Assembly: GCA_965235115.1 (NCBI GenBank) | Contig: OZ249436.1 | Coordinates: 994,001 to 1,058,000 of the forward strand | DNA length: 64,000 nucleotides | Origin: Laetmonice hystrix | Taxonomy: Eukaryota | Direction: 5' to 3' | In this document: piece by piece, positions 12,801 to 24,800 of the stretch | Layout of the letters: each line of letters begins with the position of its first letter | How positions within the stretch are numbered: position 1 is the stretch's first letter | The notes under the pieces: generated by a model | What the model saw: the letters and a program-made list of their open reading frames with translations, nothing else | The model's database searches: none | Told to the model about the DNA's origin: nothing | Made by a program: the position numbers and the translations under genes

Positions 12801-15800
12801 CTCTCTGCCTGGAGGGTGATAAGCTTGGCGGGGAACGGAAATTACCACTCTTTCGAAAAGGTAACCTTGAAGCCAAGCCTGCTTTGCGCCGTCTGTGAAA
12901 CTCTCTGCCCGGAGAGTGACGTAGCTGCCATGAGAATGACGTACCTGCCCGGAGAGTGACGTACCTGCCATGAGAATGACGTACCTGCCCTGAGAATGAC
13001 GTACCTACCCTGAGAATGACGTACCTGCCCTGAGAATGACGTAACTGCCCTGAGAATGACGTACCTACCCTGAGAATGACGTACCTGCCCTGGGAATGAC
13101 GTAACTGCCCTGAGAATGACGTACCTGCCCGGAGAATGACGTAGCTGCCCTGAGAATGACTTACCTGCCCGGAGAATGACGTACCTGCCCTGAGAATGAC
13201 GTACCTGCCCAGAGAATGACGTACCTGCCCTGACTCCCAGTATTCTCAGCTCACAGACGTGGATAGGAATGTCTGACGTGAACTTCAGAGTGACAACTCT
13301 CCCCGTGACGTCACGGGCACATCGTAAGCCCACCAGGTGGCGTTCGGCCGTCACTGTGACGCTCCCACACAGTGTCTCGGGGTGAGTGGCGTTTGGAACG
13401 ATGGGTCCCACCCAGATCTCAACGCCAATCTCAACCTCAGCTTTAGGGTAAGGAAAATAGTTAACACGTTTCAGTCTTTGAAATAGTCGGTATTTTCCAT
13501 ATTCGCCATTGGTTTTGCATATAAATGTAGCCTTTATTTGTAGGCCCTGTACATGTATTGGTCTTGGTTAATGAGGCCTACAAGTCTAGTTAGAGGCCCT
13601 TGGCTTCATTCAAGTAGTCCAAAGTAAACCTGGATCGAACAGAATGCGAGCAAGACGTTATTAATCTACCAGCAGAGATTCTGATTATGATGTAAGTAAG
13701 ATCCTCACCACACAGTGGAATGTCGCAGTAAGCCCAGGTCCCAAACCCAGTCAGGCACCAAGGTGCCAATCGTCCGTTCGGGTTACGGCAGTAGTTGGAT
13801 TCAGCCGCCAGGTGGCCGCTGGTGACCTGACCCGGAAGCAGACCGAGTTGGGCAGGGTCCTGCGCAGCCCAGGGCAGACATTCTGTCCCGTTGTGGGTGA
13901 CGTTCACCAGACCACCATACTGGACCTCAGCTCCTGGCATCGTGCAGGCCCAGCTAACATCACCTTTAAGGAAGACATGAGGCAAAGCCTTGGACGTAAT
14001 TGAAAGTGAAAGTGACGTCACAATATTGTGGATGTTCCTGGGAATAGGCCCACGCCGCTTGGTGGCAATTGGCCATCCCTTACGACCTGCCCACCAAGCC
14101 TACTGCAATGTTTAATTTCCAACTTTGTACAGATGATTTCTGTCCCAGAATGATAAGTTTAAATCTAGCCTGAAAATATCTTTATCTCTGCTTGTATCCT
14201 CACATGCCGCGATTCTCCTATGTTTACAACTGTCCGACATTCCCCGGAAGTGGCTCTGTTTCACCCATTATCGTCCCACAGGACGACGTGACTTTCACTC
14301 CTTATTCAAAAGTATGCTGAACACCGTTTTGCGACACTAACGCGCAGACTTACGGTTGCCTTCAGTGGGTCGTGCGATGGTCACGTGACCAATGACGTAA
14401 TCGTCGTCCAGAACGGCTGTCACCAAGGGCTGGTTCTCGTTTACTGAGCCCCAACAAGTGTCAAAATTCTGGTCGATCATTAACTTCCCCGAACTGTTAG
14501 ATCTCCCTGAACTCATCGCAAAGTCAGCCTTTGGTGCCAGGTTCACTGCAAATAGATATTAGGGTCACACTTATTATTCTCATTTCTATTCAACCATATA
14601 ATTCCACCTTTTTCCCCTTTTGCTTGCTATTAGATGACACGGTTTTCATGTAGGCCTAGACTAATATAGAACTGTTGGAATTGTTGCTCATATTTTAAGG
14701 GATCGACCACGGCCCAGGAATGGGTCCATGCAGGTTATACGCTTAGTAGTCTACTGGCGGAATTTATTAGAAAAAATTATTTACTATGTGCAGTTAGAAC
14801 CTTCTAAGTTCCTTACATATATTCGACGCAACTTCGGTGAGAAATGTGTTCTACCAACGCGAGGTGGGCCAGGACAAAAGGGTGTCAAACCAGGTCGACC
14901 GATGTGTCACATCATACCGAGGTGGGCCGAAACAAGAGGGTGTAAACCCGAGTGTTGAGGTCCACCGAGGTTGATGAGGTGCACAAGCGAGTGGCAGTAT
15001 TGGTAGACAGCCGAGGTGAGCCGAGGCTGTCTACCAATACCGACACGAGCGATCCCAATAGAGGTTGCCACCACTTCTGTGGTGGTGGTCGTCGTTGGGA
15101 CTCGCCCGTGTCCACTCAACCATGGCCCTTGATAATCGCACTCATAATTCGCTCGTATAACTGCCACATGGTGACTAAATACCACTCATCAACATTTCGT
15201 TGGGTATTGTCTGCCAGAGAATCGACGAATTCTCATACTCAGGCCTTTTTGGAGAGTCAGTATAGTTTTAGTAAATATCATAGTGATAGGGATAGCTTAG
15301 TACTGGCGGAACATTCGGGAACCTTCGGGAAAGTCCGCCACCTTCCGCTGGGTTCGGATTTTCATCTGCCATCTGTCGAGGTAGAGCCGAGTGCTGGGGA
15401 AAGACAGGGAGAGAGCTCAGTGGGCCGGTCAGAGTGTCGTGTCATAAAACGTGACGCAACGCTCGGCCGTTTTGCTTCTAACGTTGCGTCACGTTTTTTG
15501 ACGTTACGCATACGAACGACGTAGATTTTCGACGTACCACGGACGTCTGAACAGCCGAGCAGCCGCAGCCTCAGACAGGCCAGGTGGGTCCACGTTGTCA
15601 CATGAAGCACCAAGTAGCGGGCCAGGATGGGCCGCCCAAACACATGCTTCTTGGGCGTGTGCGGGTCGTCTCCCCCTCTGAACGTCTAGGACAGTTGATA
15701 ACGTTCATTTTGAGTAACTTGTGACAGTAAAACTCCCTGCCCAGTCCGTGTACATTATCATTGTGACAGTAAAACTCCCTGCCCAGTCCGTATACATTAT

Positions 15801-18800
15801 CATTGTGACAGTAAAACTCCCTGCCCAGTCCGTATACATTATCATTGTGACAGTAAAACTCCCTGCCCAGTCCGTATACATTATCATTGTGACAGTAAAA
15901 CTCCCTGCCCAGTCCGTATACATTATCATTGTGACAGTAAAACTCCCTGCCCAGTCCGTGTACATTATCATTGTGACAGTAAAACTCCCTGCCCAGTCCG
16001 TACACATTATCATTGTGACAGTAAAACTCCCTGCCCAGTCCGTATACATTATCATTGTGACAGTAAAACTCCCTGCCCAGTCCGTGTACATTATCATTGT
16101 GACAGTAAAACTCCCTGCCCAGTCCGTGTCCAGTAAAACTCCCTGCCCAGTCCGTGTACAGTAAAACTCCCTGCCCAGTCCGTATACATTATCATTGTGA
16201 CAGTAAAACTCCCTGCCCAGTCCGTGTACATTATCATTGTGACAGTAAAACTCCCTGCCCAGTCCGTACACATTATCATTGTGACAGTAAAACTCCCTGC
16301 CCAGTCCGTATACATTATCATTGTGACAGTAAAACTCCCTGCCCAGTCCGTATACATTATCATTGTGACAGTAAAACTCCCTGCCCAGTCCGTACACATT
16401 ATCATTTCGACAGTAAAACTCCCTGCCCAGTCCGTACACATTATCATTGTGACAGTAAAACTCCCTGCCTAGTCCGTATACATTATCATTGTGACAGTAA
16501 AACTCCCTACCCAGTCCGTATACATTATCATTGTGACAGTAAAACTCCCTGCCCAGTCCGTGTACATTATCATTGTGACAGTAAAACTCCCTGCCCAGTC
16601 CGTACACATTATCATTGTGACAGTAAAACTCCCTTCCCAGTCCGTGTACATTATCATTGTGACAGTAAAACTCCCTGCCCAGTCCGTGTCCAGTCAAACT
16701 CCCTGCCCAGTCCGTGTACAGTAAAACTCCCTGCCCAGTCCGTATACATTATCATTGTGACAGTAAAACTCCCTGCCCAGTCCGTGTACATTATCATTGT
16801 GACAGTAAAACTCCCTGCCCAGTCCGTACACATTATCATTGTGACAGTAAAACTCCCTGCCCAGTCCGTATACATTATCATTGTGACAGTAAAACTCCCT
16901 GCCCAGTCCGTATACATTATCATTGTGACAGTAAAACTCCCTGCCCAGTCCGTATACATTATCATTGTGACAGTAAAACTCCCTACCCAGTCCGTATACA
17001 TTATCATTGTGACAGTAAAACTCCCTGCCCAGTCCGTGTACATTATCATTGTGACAGTCAAACTCCCTGCCCAGTCCGTATACATTATCATTGTGACAGT
17101 AAAACTCCCTGGCCAGTCCGTATACATTATCATTGTGACAGTAAAACTCCCTGCCAAGTCCGTGTATATTAGATATACGTTACATAGTCCTGAATTCTAG
17201 CAACGTCAAGCCTTACTAATGGTGGGTGTAGCCTATACATTATCTCTCCCTTATCTTGTGAGTGTCACAGATCTGTGTATTTGAGGGAATCATTCCTTTT
17301 TGATACATAAACACACACTAAAATACATCATATGGCCATTAGTAGATACTAGAATGAACAGTTTAGATCATAATGAACTAAATGTATGCGTAGGTTAACA
17401 TAAATGTGAAATATAATTTCTCTGTCCTAGTGCGGTTTCTCCTAACCATCGCGCGTTTGGTCAACCAAGTGGCTAACGTTGTTACCTTGGGTTGACCTAC
17501 TTCGTCCTGATAGGTCAGTAACTGGTCCGGACGTAGGCCGAACCGGATGTAGAATGACGTCACCATGTCGATAGCGTCCACAGTATGACCGCCCTGTGTG
17601 ACGAGCCCTGTGACCGTCCTCGGCATGAGAAAGTCGATCTACAAGAACACAAAACTCATCAACATGAATAAAATTAGTTCATCATTTTCTCCGGACTGAT
17701 GTGAATAATCAGATTTTCTCAGTCGGCTTGGCGTAATCTACCTTGATGAAAGGAGTCTTGTCCTGCTCGTGCGCACACCAACTTTTAGTCGAGAACAAAG
17801 CTATGTCGGTTAGGCTAGAGTCGGCCGCGTTTGATGACGTCATCACTTGCTCAGTCATGTCGACTTCTGCATCGGTAAATGGGATGCCACACGGAACATC
17901 TGTTTAATATAAATATGGAAGAATATATGGATCAATATAAATATGGGATGCCAAACGGAACATCTGTTTAATATAAATATGGATGAATATATGGATCAAT
18001 ATAAAAATGGGATGCCAAACGGAACATCTGTTTAATATAAATATGGAAGAATATATGGATCAATATAAATATGGGATGCCACACGGAACATCTGTTCAAT
18101 ATAAATATGGAAGAATATATGGATCAATATAAAAATGGATTAACAGGGATAATTATTGCACGAGTGTCGCAGAAAAAGGCAATATGCTTCAGAAAATGAG
18201 GTTGTTAGAAACATTCCTTACAATTTATATCGGTTAAATAATAATAATACAAAAATGAAAAAAAAATAAGGGGCCCAGAGGGCTTGGGCCCCCTTATTTT
18301 TTTCCAGGATCCCCCCACTGAATAAATATCTGATCCACCAGGGCGACAATCCACTTTTTTTTTTATTCTAAATTCTATATGACATTTGAAAGAAGCTTTT
18401 CAGGACACCAGGCTAAATTACATATTATTGACCTGATTAAATCCAACCTGTATATTGACCTTTGACCTGATTAAATCCAACCTGTATACTAACCTTTGAC
18501 CTGATTAAATCCAACCTATATACTGACCTTTGACCTGATTAAATCCAACCTGTATACTGACCTTTGACCTGATTAAATCCAACCTGTATACTGACCTTTG
18601 ACCTGATTAAATCCAACCTGTATACTGACCTTTGACCTGATTAAATCCAACCTGTATACTGACCTTTGACCTGATTAAATCCAACCTGTATACTGACCTT
18701 TGCCCTGTATACTGACCTTTTCCCTGTATACTGACCTTTGCCCTGTATACTGACCTTTGACCTGTATACTGACCTTTGACGTAGACTTTCACCTCACATA

Positions 18801-21800
18801 TTCTCAGACAAGGCCGTGGATGTGAACCGTATACATTCTGGACGATAGTGACGTACTGCCCTGTGATTGGCTGCTGGCACTGTAAGTAGGACGACATCTG
18901 TGACGTTGTGTAGTTAAATATGCAAATGAGTGCGCTGTCATAGAGAAAGTCCTCCCTCTGTTGGCCCACGTAGACATTAGCCTCCACCAGGGGGCACTCC
19001 AGTTCATCTGAAGCACCTGTCCAAGATAAGGTACAGTTCAACCCGGTCACACAGGGGCGGTTTAAGACTTACCAGCGAGTTTTTTTTCTGGGATTTTTAA
19101 CGGCAAATATGAAAGAGCTGGAATGAAATTAATTCAAACCAAATCACAGTTAATTTACCAAGTAATTGGGAGAAATAATTATTGTAAAACTGAATTCCTG
19201 GTACTTCTATACAACGCACACGAACTGTGGCCGCCTTTTTACCTTGTTGAATCTTTGCGCCGATATCAATATAGATGGCGTACACAGCTTCCGGTAATCT
19301 GAGATCGATCTGCCACCAGGGGACGTTCGTTAAGTGCTGGAGCGAGCACGTCGCTGTGAAAACATACAAGGCATTACACATAGCCTCAGTTTTTAAATAC
19401 TATTTTTGGTAACCTATGTTTCACCTCTTTGTATTTTTTTTATACACATTACTGTGGCCTGTACGTGTAGAGGTTCTAGACAAAATCATTTAGGCCTCGA
19501 TCTATGCATGCGTTTTAAGACATGTGGGCCCAGTTCCTGATCACACATCCTATGAGAACACAGCTGTGAAATTATCCCTGGTGGTGGAACAATTACAAAC
19601 ACTAGCCAACACGAGTGAACGCAAACACGATGAATGCCGCCATTTTGGTATATCGCCAATCGTTGAACGCTGTGTTGTTGTGGTGTAGAGCACACCTTCG
19701 GTAATAGTCCGCAATGAATGAATTCATTTGATCAATGAATTCATTTTACATAATACCCGCCAAGTCTACAGAAAGGTAGGGGAGCTTCGAACCATATCGG
19801 AGAACCACAATGTAGATATATCTTTTTGTGAAACGCCACGTGTGACTTGAAATTCGTGAGATATTTCCTTTTTAAAAGCATAACGTTTCTGATTGTCTGG
19901 GCTGCATGCTGTAACCGTTAATCAAAAACGTTAAGTTTAAATTTCGTCAAGATCTTTAGTTTTCATAAGCTGGATCCAAATGGATCTGGGAGTCATTCTT
20001 TCATTTCAAAATTTCAGCAGAAAGCGAAAGGCGGACGTTTTACCTGGGTCGCCATCCACGGCGCTGAGAGCCTGGTGGACGTAAGGGGGCGCTGTGAGTT
20101 GTCGTGCCGGGTAGTCTAAACCAATGTCCCTGACACCACGGTCTGCACAGCAATATTCAGGGTCACATAACAGGTGCAGAATTCATTGGGTTCCCCCGAC
20201 ATTATACAGACCTATAACTTTTACGTATTAGCCCGAGGTTATAGGCGTCACCAAATTTTAATTTATCACGTTGACCAAAATCGGATCAGTGGCGGATCCA
20301 GGGGGTCATGACCCTCCCTCGCCCTTTTGGCGGCAATTTTTCTCTTTTCCCCATAGAGCTTTCTGGATTAATCGTTTTGGGCGCCCCTCCCGCCCTGTTG
20401 CCAGATTCCGTCCATGGACTCCCCATCCTAGATCCGCCACCTGGGCCTACTGATATGCATGTAGACCCTTCAGTAGTGCGCATTACGACGTAATGTTTGA
20501 CTATGTAGGCCTGCCTAAATACGCGTCCTATTTGAGCATTCTGGTTGACATGGTAATGTTCTGTGATTTAGTAGTTTTACCTTAGGCCTACCTAAGCATT
20601 GTTCTGGTTGACATGGTAATGTTCTGTGATTTAGTAGTTTTACCTTAGGCCTACCTAAGCATTGTTCTGGTTGACATGGTAATGTTCTGTGATTTAGTAG
20701 TTTTACCGTAGGCCTACCTAAGCATTGTTCTGGTTGACATGGTAATGTTCTGTGATTTGGTAGTTTTACCTTAGGCCTACCTAAGCATTGTTCTGGTTGA
20801 CATGGTAATGTTCTGTGATTTGGTAGTTTTACCTTAGGCCTACCTAAGCATTGTTCTGGTTGAGATGGTAATGTTCTGTGATTTGGTAGTTTTACCTTAC
20901 CTAAGCATTGTTCTGGTTGAGATGGTAATGTTCTGTGATTTGGTAGTTTTACCTTACCTAAGCATTGTTGTAATACACAACGTGACAACTCCAGGCACCT
21001 CGAAGACGCCAGGCACTGCGCGGTAATGCCTGTATTGTCGCTGACGTTTCCGGAACTGATTGGGTCACATGACCCTCCCGTTTCTAGGTCGGACGTTTCG
21101 GAACTCTCATCCGATTGGTTGCCTTGACACTGACCTTTAACTGGCAGTAAATTAATTTATACATTTTACAGAGTGGGAAGAAAACAAAGAGGCTTTCTAC
21201 TATACGCATGGTTAGTATACGATTATTGCACTGAACTATGAACAGGATGCGCAGCCTCACCTTGATATTGACAAAATGTCAAGGTGACGAACTTGGTTCC
21301 ACTGCGCGTGATTCGTGGAGTTTCTCCGGATGTTTCATAGGTGGCGCCACCGACAAGGCGTAATCGGTGGAGCTGAGGTGACACGCTTAGATTCTCCACC
21401 ATTTGACAGGTCGGACCGGACTGTAGAGGACAATGAATCTTAGAAATTGTAATGGAATATTTTTATTCAGTGACTAATGTTTTAAAAATAGGCTCACTAT
21501 TAGATCTGAGATGTTTTTTTTTGGTATTTGGGTCGTTTAAATAACGCAATCTCAAAAAGGAAGAGAAAAAAGTTCCGCCCCTAACTGCCCCTCTAATTAA
21601 CGTGCATCATCACCATAAGGTGAATTTAAATTTTATGAGTCTATACACCTTGCGTTCAGGCATATCCAAAACACCAAGATTTAAGTGGCCCAGTTTATAC
21701 CTGTCTTACGTTCAGGCTATAGATACACCAAGATTTAAGTGGCCCAGTTTATACCTGTCTTACGTTCAGGCCTATAGATACACCAAGATTTAAGTGGCCC

Positions 21801-24800
21801 AGTTTATACCTGTCTTACGTTCAGCCCTATAGATACACCAAGATTTAAGCGGCCCAGTTTATACCTGTCTTACGTTCAGGCCTATAGATACACCAAGATT
21901 TAAGTGGCCCAGTTTATACCTGTCTTACGTTCAGGCCTATAGATACACCAAGATTTAAGGGCCCAGTTTATACCTGTCTTGCGTTCAGGCCTATAGATAC
22001 ACCAATATTTAAGCGGCCCAGTTTATACCTGTCTTACGTTCAGGCCTATAGATACACCAAGATTTAAGCGGCCCAGTTTATACCTGTCTTACGTTTAGGC
22101 CTATAGATACACCAAGATTTAAGCGGCCCAGTTTATACCTGTCTTACGTTCAGGCCTATAGATACACCAAGATTTAAGTGGCCCAGTTTTACCTGTCTTA
22201 CGTTCAGGCCTATAGATACACCAAGATTTAAGCGGCCCAGTTTATACCTGTCTTACGTTCAGGCCTATAGATACACCAAGATTTAAGCGGCCCAGTTTAT
22301 ACCTGTCTTACGTTCAGGCCTATAGATACACCAAGATTTAAGCGGCCCAGTTTATACCTGTCTTAGGTTCAGGCCTATAGATACACCAAGATTTAAGCGG
22401 CCCAGTTTATACCTGTCTTACGTTCAGGCCTATAGATACACCAAGATTTAAGTGGCCCAGTTTATACCTGTCTTACGTTCAGGCCTATAGATACACCAAG
22501 ATTTAAGCGGCCCAGTTTATACCTGTCTTACGTTCAGACCTATAGATACACCAAGATTTAAGCGGCCCAGTTTATACCTGTCTTACGTTCAGACCTATAG
22601 ATACACCAAGATTTAAGTGGCCCAGTTTATACCTGTCTTACGTTCAGGCCTATAGATACACCAAGATTTAAGCGGCCCAGTTTATACCTGTCTTACGTTC
22701 AGGCCTATAGATACACCAAGATTTAAGCGGCCCAGTTTATACCTGTCTTGCGTTCAGGCCTATAGATACACCAAGATTTAAGCGGCCCAGTTTATACCTG
22801 TCTTACGTTTAGGCCTATAGATACACCAAGATTTAAGCGGCCCAGTTTATACCTGTCTTACGTTCAGGCCTATAGATACACCAAGATTTAAGTGGCCCAG
22901 TTTTACCTGTCTTACGTTCAGGCCTATAGATACACCAAGATTTAAGCGGCCCAGTTTATACCTGTCTTACGTTCAGGCCTATAGATACACCAAGATTTAA
23001 GCGGCCCAGTTTATACCTGTCTTACGTTCAGGCCTATAGATACACCAAGATTTAAGCGGCCCAGTTTATACCTGTCTTAGGTTCAGGCCTATAGATACAC
23101 CAAGATTTAAGCGGCCCAGTTTATACCTGTCTTACGTTCAGGCCTATAGCAGGGCCGTAGCCTGCGGGGGGGGGGGGGGGCAGGGGGGCAGCTGCCCCCC
23201 CCCTGGGATTTCCAGTTTTTTGTGTTTTTTTAACCCACACCCCGGGCCGCGAAATTTTTTTTCCCACATTAGATACACCAAGATTTAAGTGGCCCAGTTT
23301 ATACCTGTAAGAGCATGAAGGGGTGTTTGGCCGGAAGTACGATCGGTTCCGACGCGGGACCGTCAGAGCGACAACAGAAACTAATGACGACTCCGGTAGG
23401 TGGCAGCACCCATCCTGGAATGGGGTCGACATGGCGAATAACTTGAACAGAGGGACCTGACAGTTTCCATGTCCCAGGTTGAAATCCTGCAATGAAACTT
23501 GTGAATTAAACAGGGGGGAGCCTATAGGAAAGGGGGGGACCCTGCCCCCTCAGAATGTACGTAAAATACTGTTACATTTTTCCTGAAGGAATCCCGCGAC
23601 AGGATCAGATCTGTCATAGTACGGCCTAGACCAATAAATATCCATCCATTATACGTGTCAAAGTTGACGTTAGTGATCTGAGGCGTACCTAGGCCTAGAT
23701 CTCTAGACCTGAGCTTCTTCCATACCTTCTGGGCACTGATTTGAAACGCGATAGAGGCAGTAGGTTCCTGCAGGCCAGTCTTCCTCTGAGATATCGGGGT
23801 CGAACCCTTGGAATCTCACACAAACATTTGAGGAGAACATCGTTTGCCCCAGCGGTCCCAGCAAGGTTGAGGGCGAGGCACGGGTAACTTTGGTCGTATG
23901 GTCCATTGTGACAATGAGGCTGCCCGGAAACCACGTGACGTTGTCGTCACGTGGGCAGTCGTACACAGGGCGGGGGAGACCGAAATTACCCCCTGGCCAG
24001 GCGGTACCTGAGAGTCCATAATAGCAGGGAGGATGTTATTTGGTACTCCAAGGGAAACAATTCATAGGGCGTAGATATAATAGGGGGCCTATCTGGAAAA
24101 GTTGACTTTGCCTTCTAAGTAACTGATGTTAGGCCTACAAATGCCAATTCATACAAAGAAACAGGGGTTAATCGTGATTATCCCAAATTGAGGAGATCAC
24201 TGGGCGTACTTATAATTTCCTACAATGTATCATTGCCTACTAAATAACTACAGTAGCGCCTACAAATTGTAAAATTTGGTCTTGGTATGACGCTAAAGAT
24301 AATGTAACGCCTTTCTCCATCTACTCTTGGTGAATGAGGGACCAGGAGCCATTCTCCATCTACTCTTGGTGAATGAGGGACCAGGAGCCATTCTCCATCT
24401 ACTCTTGGTGAATGAGGGACCATGAGTCATTCTCCATCTACTCATGGTGAATGAGGGACCAGGAGCCATTCTCCATCTACTCTTGGTGAATGAGGGACCA
24501 GGAGCCATTCTCCATCTACTCTTGGTGAATGAGGGACCAGGAGCCATTCTCCATCTACTCTTGGTGAATGAGGGACCAGGAGTCATTCTCCATCTACTCA
24601 TGGTGAATGAGGGACCAGGAGCCATTCTCCATCTACTCTTGGTGAATGAGGGACCAGGAGTCATTCTCCATCTACTCTTGGTGAATGAGGGACCAGGAGC
24701 CATTCTCCATCTACTCTTGGTCAATGAGGGACCAGGAGCCATTCTCCATCTACTCTTGGTGAATGAGGGACCAGGAGCCATTCTCAATCTACTCTTGGTG

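Noticed and set aside
14907..15210. Possible extra exon between FA58C and FTP2
   Set aside because: The phase-compatible frame has a TGA and no domain motif; exons 11 and 12 join in phase without it
15598..17200. Multiple long repetitive ORFs
   Set aside because: 42-bp minisatellite artefacts
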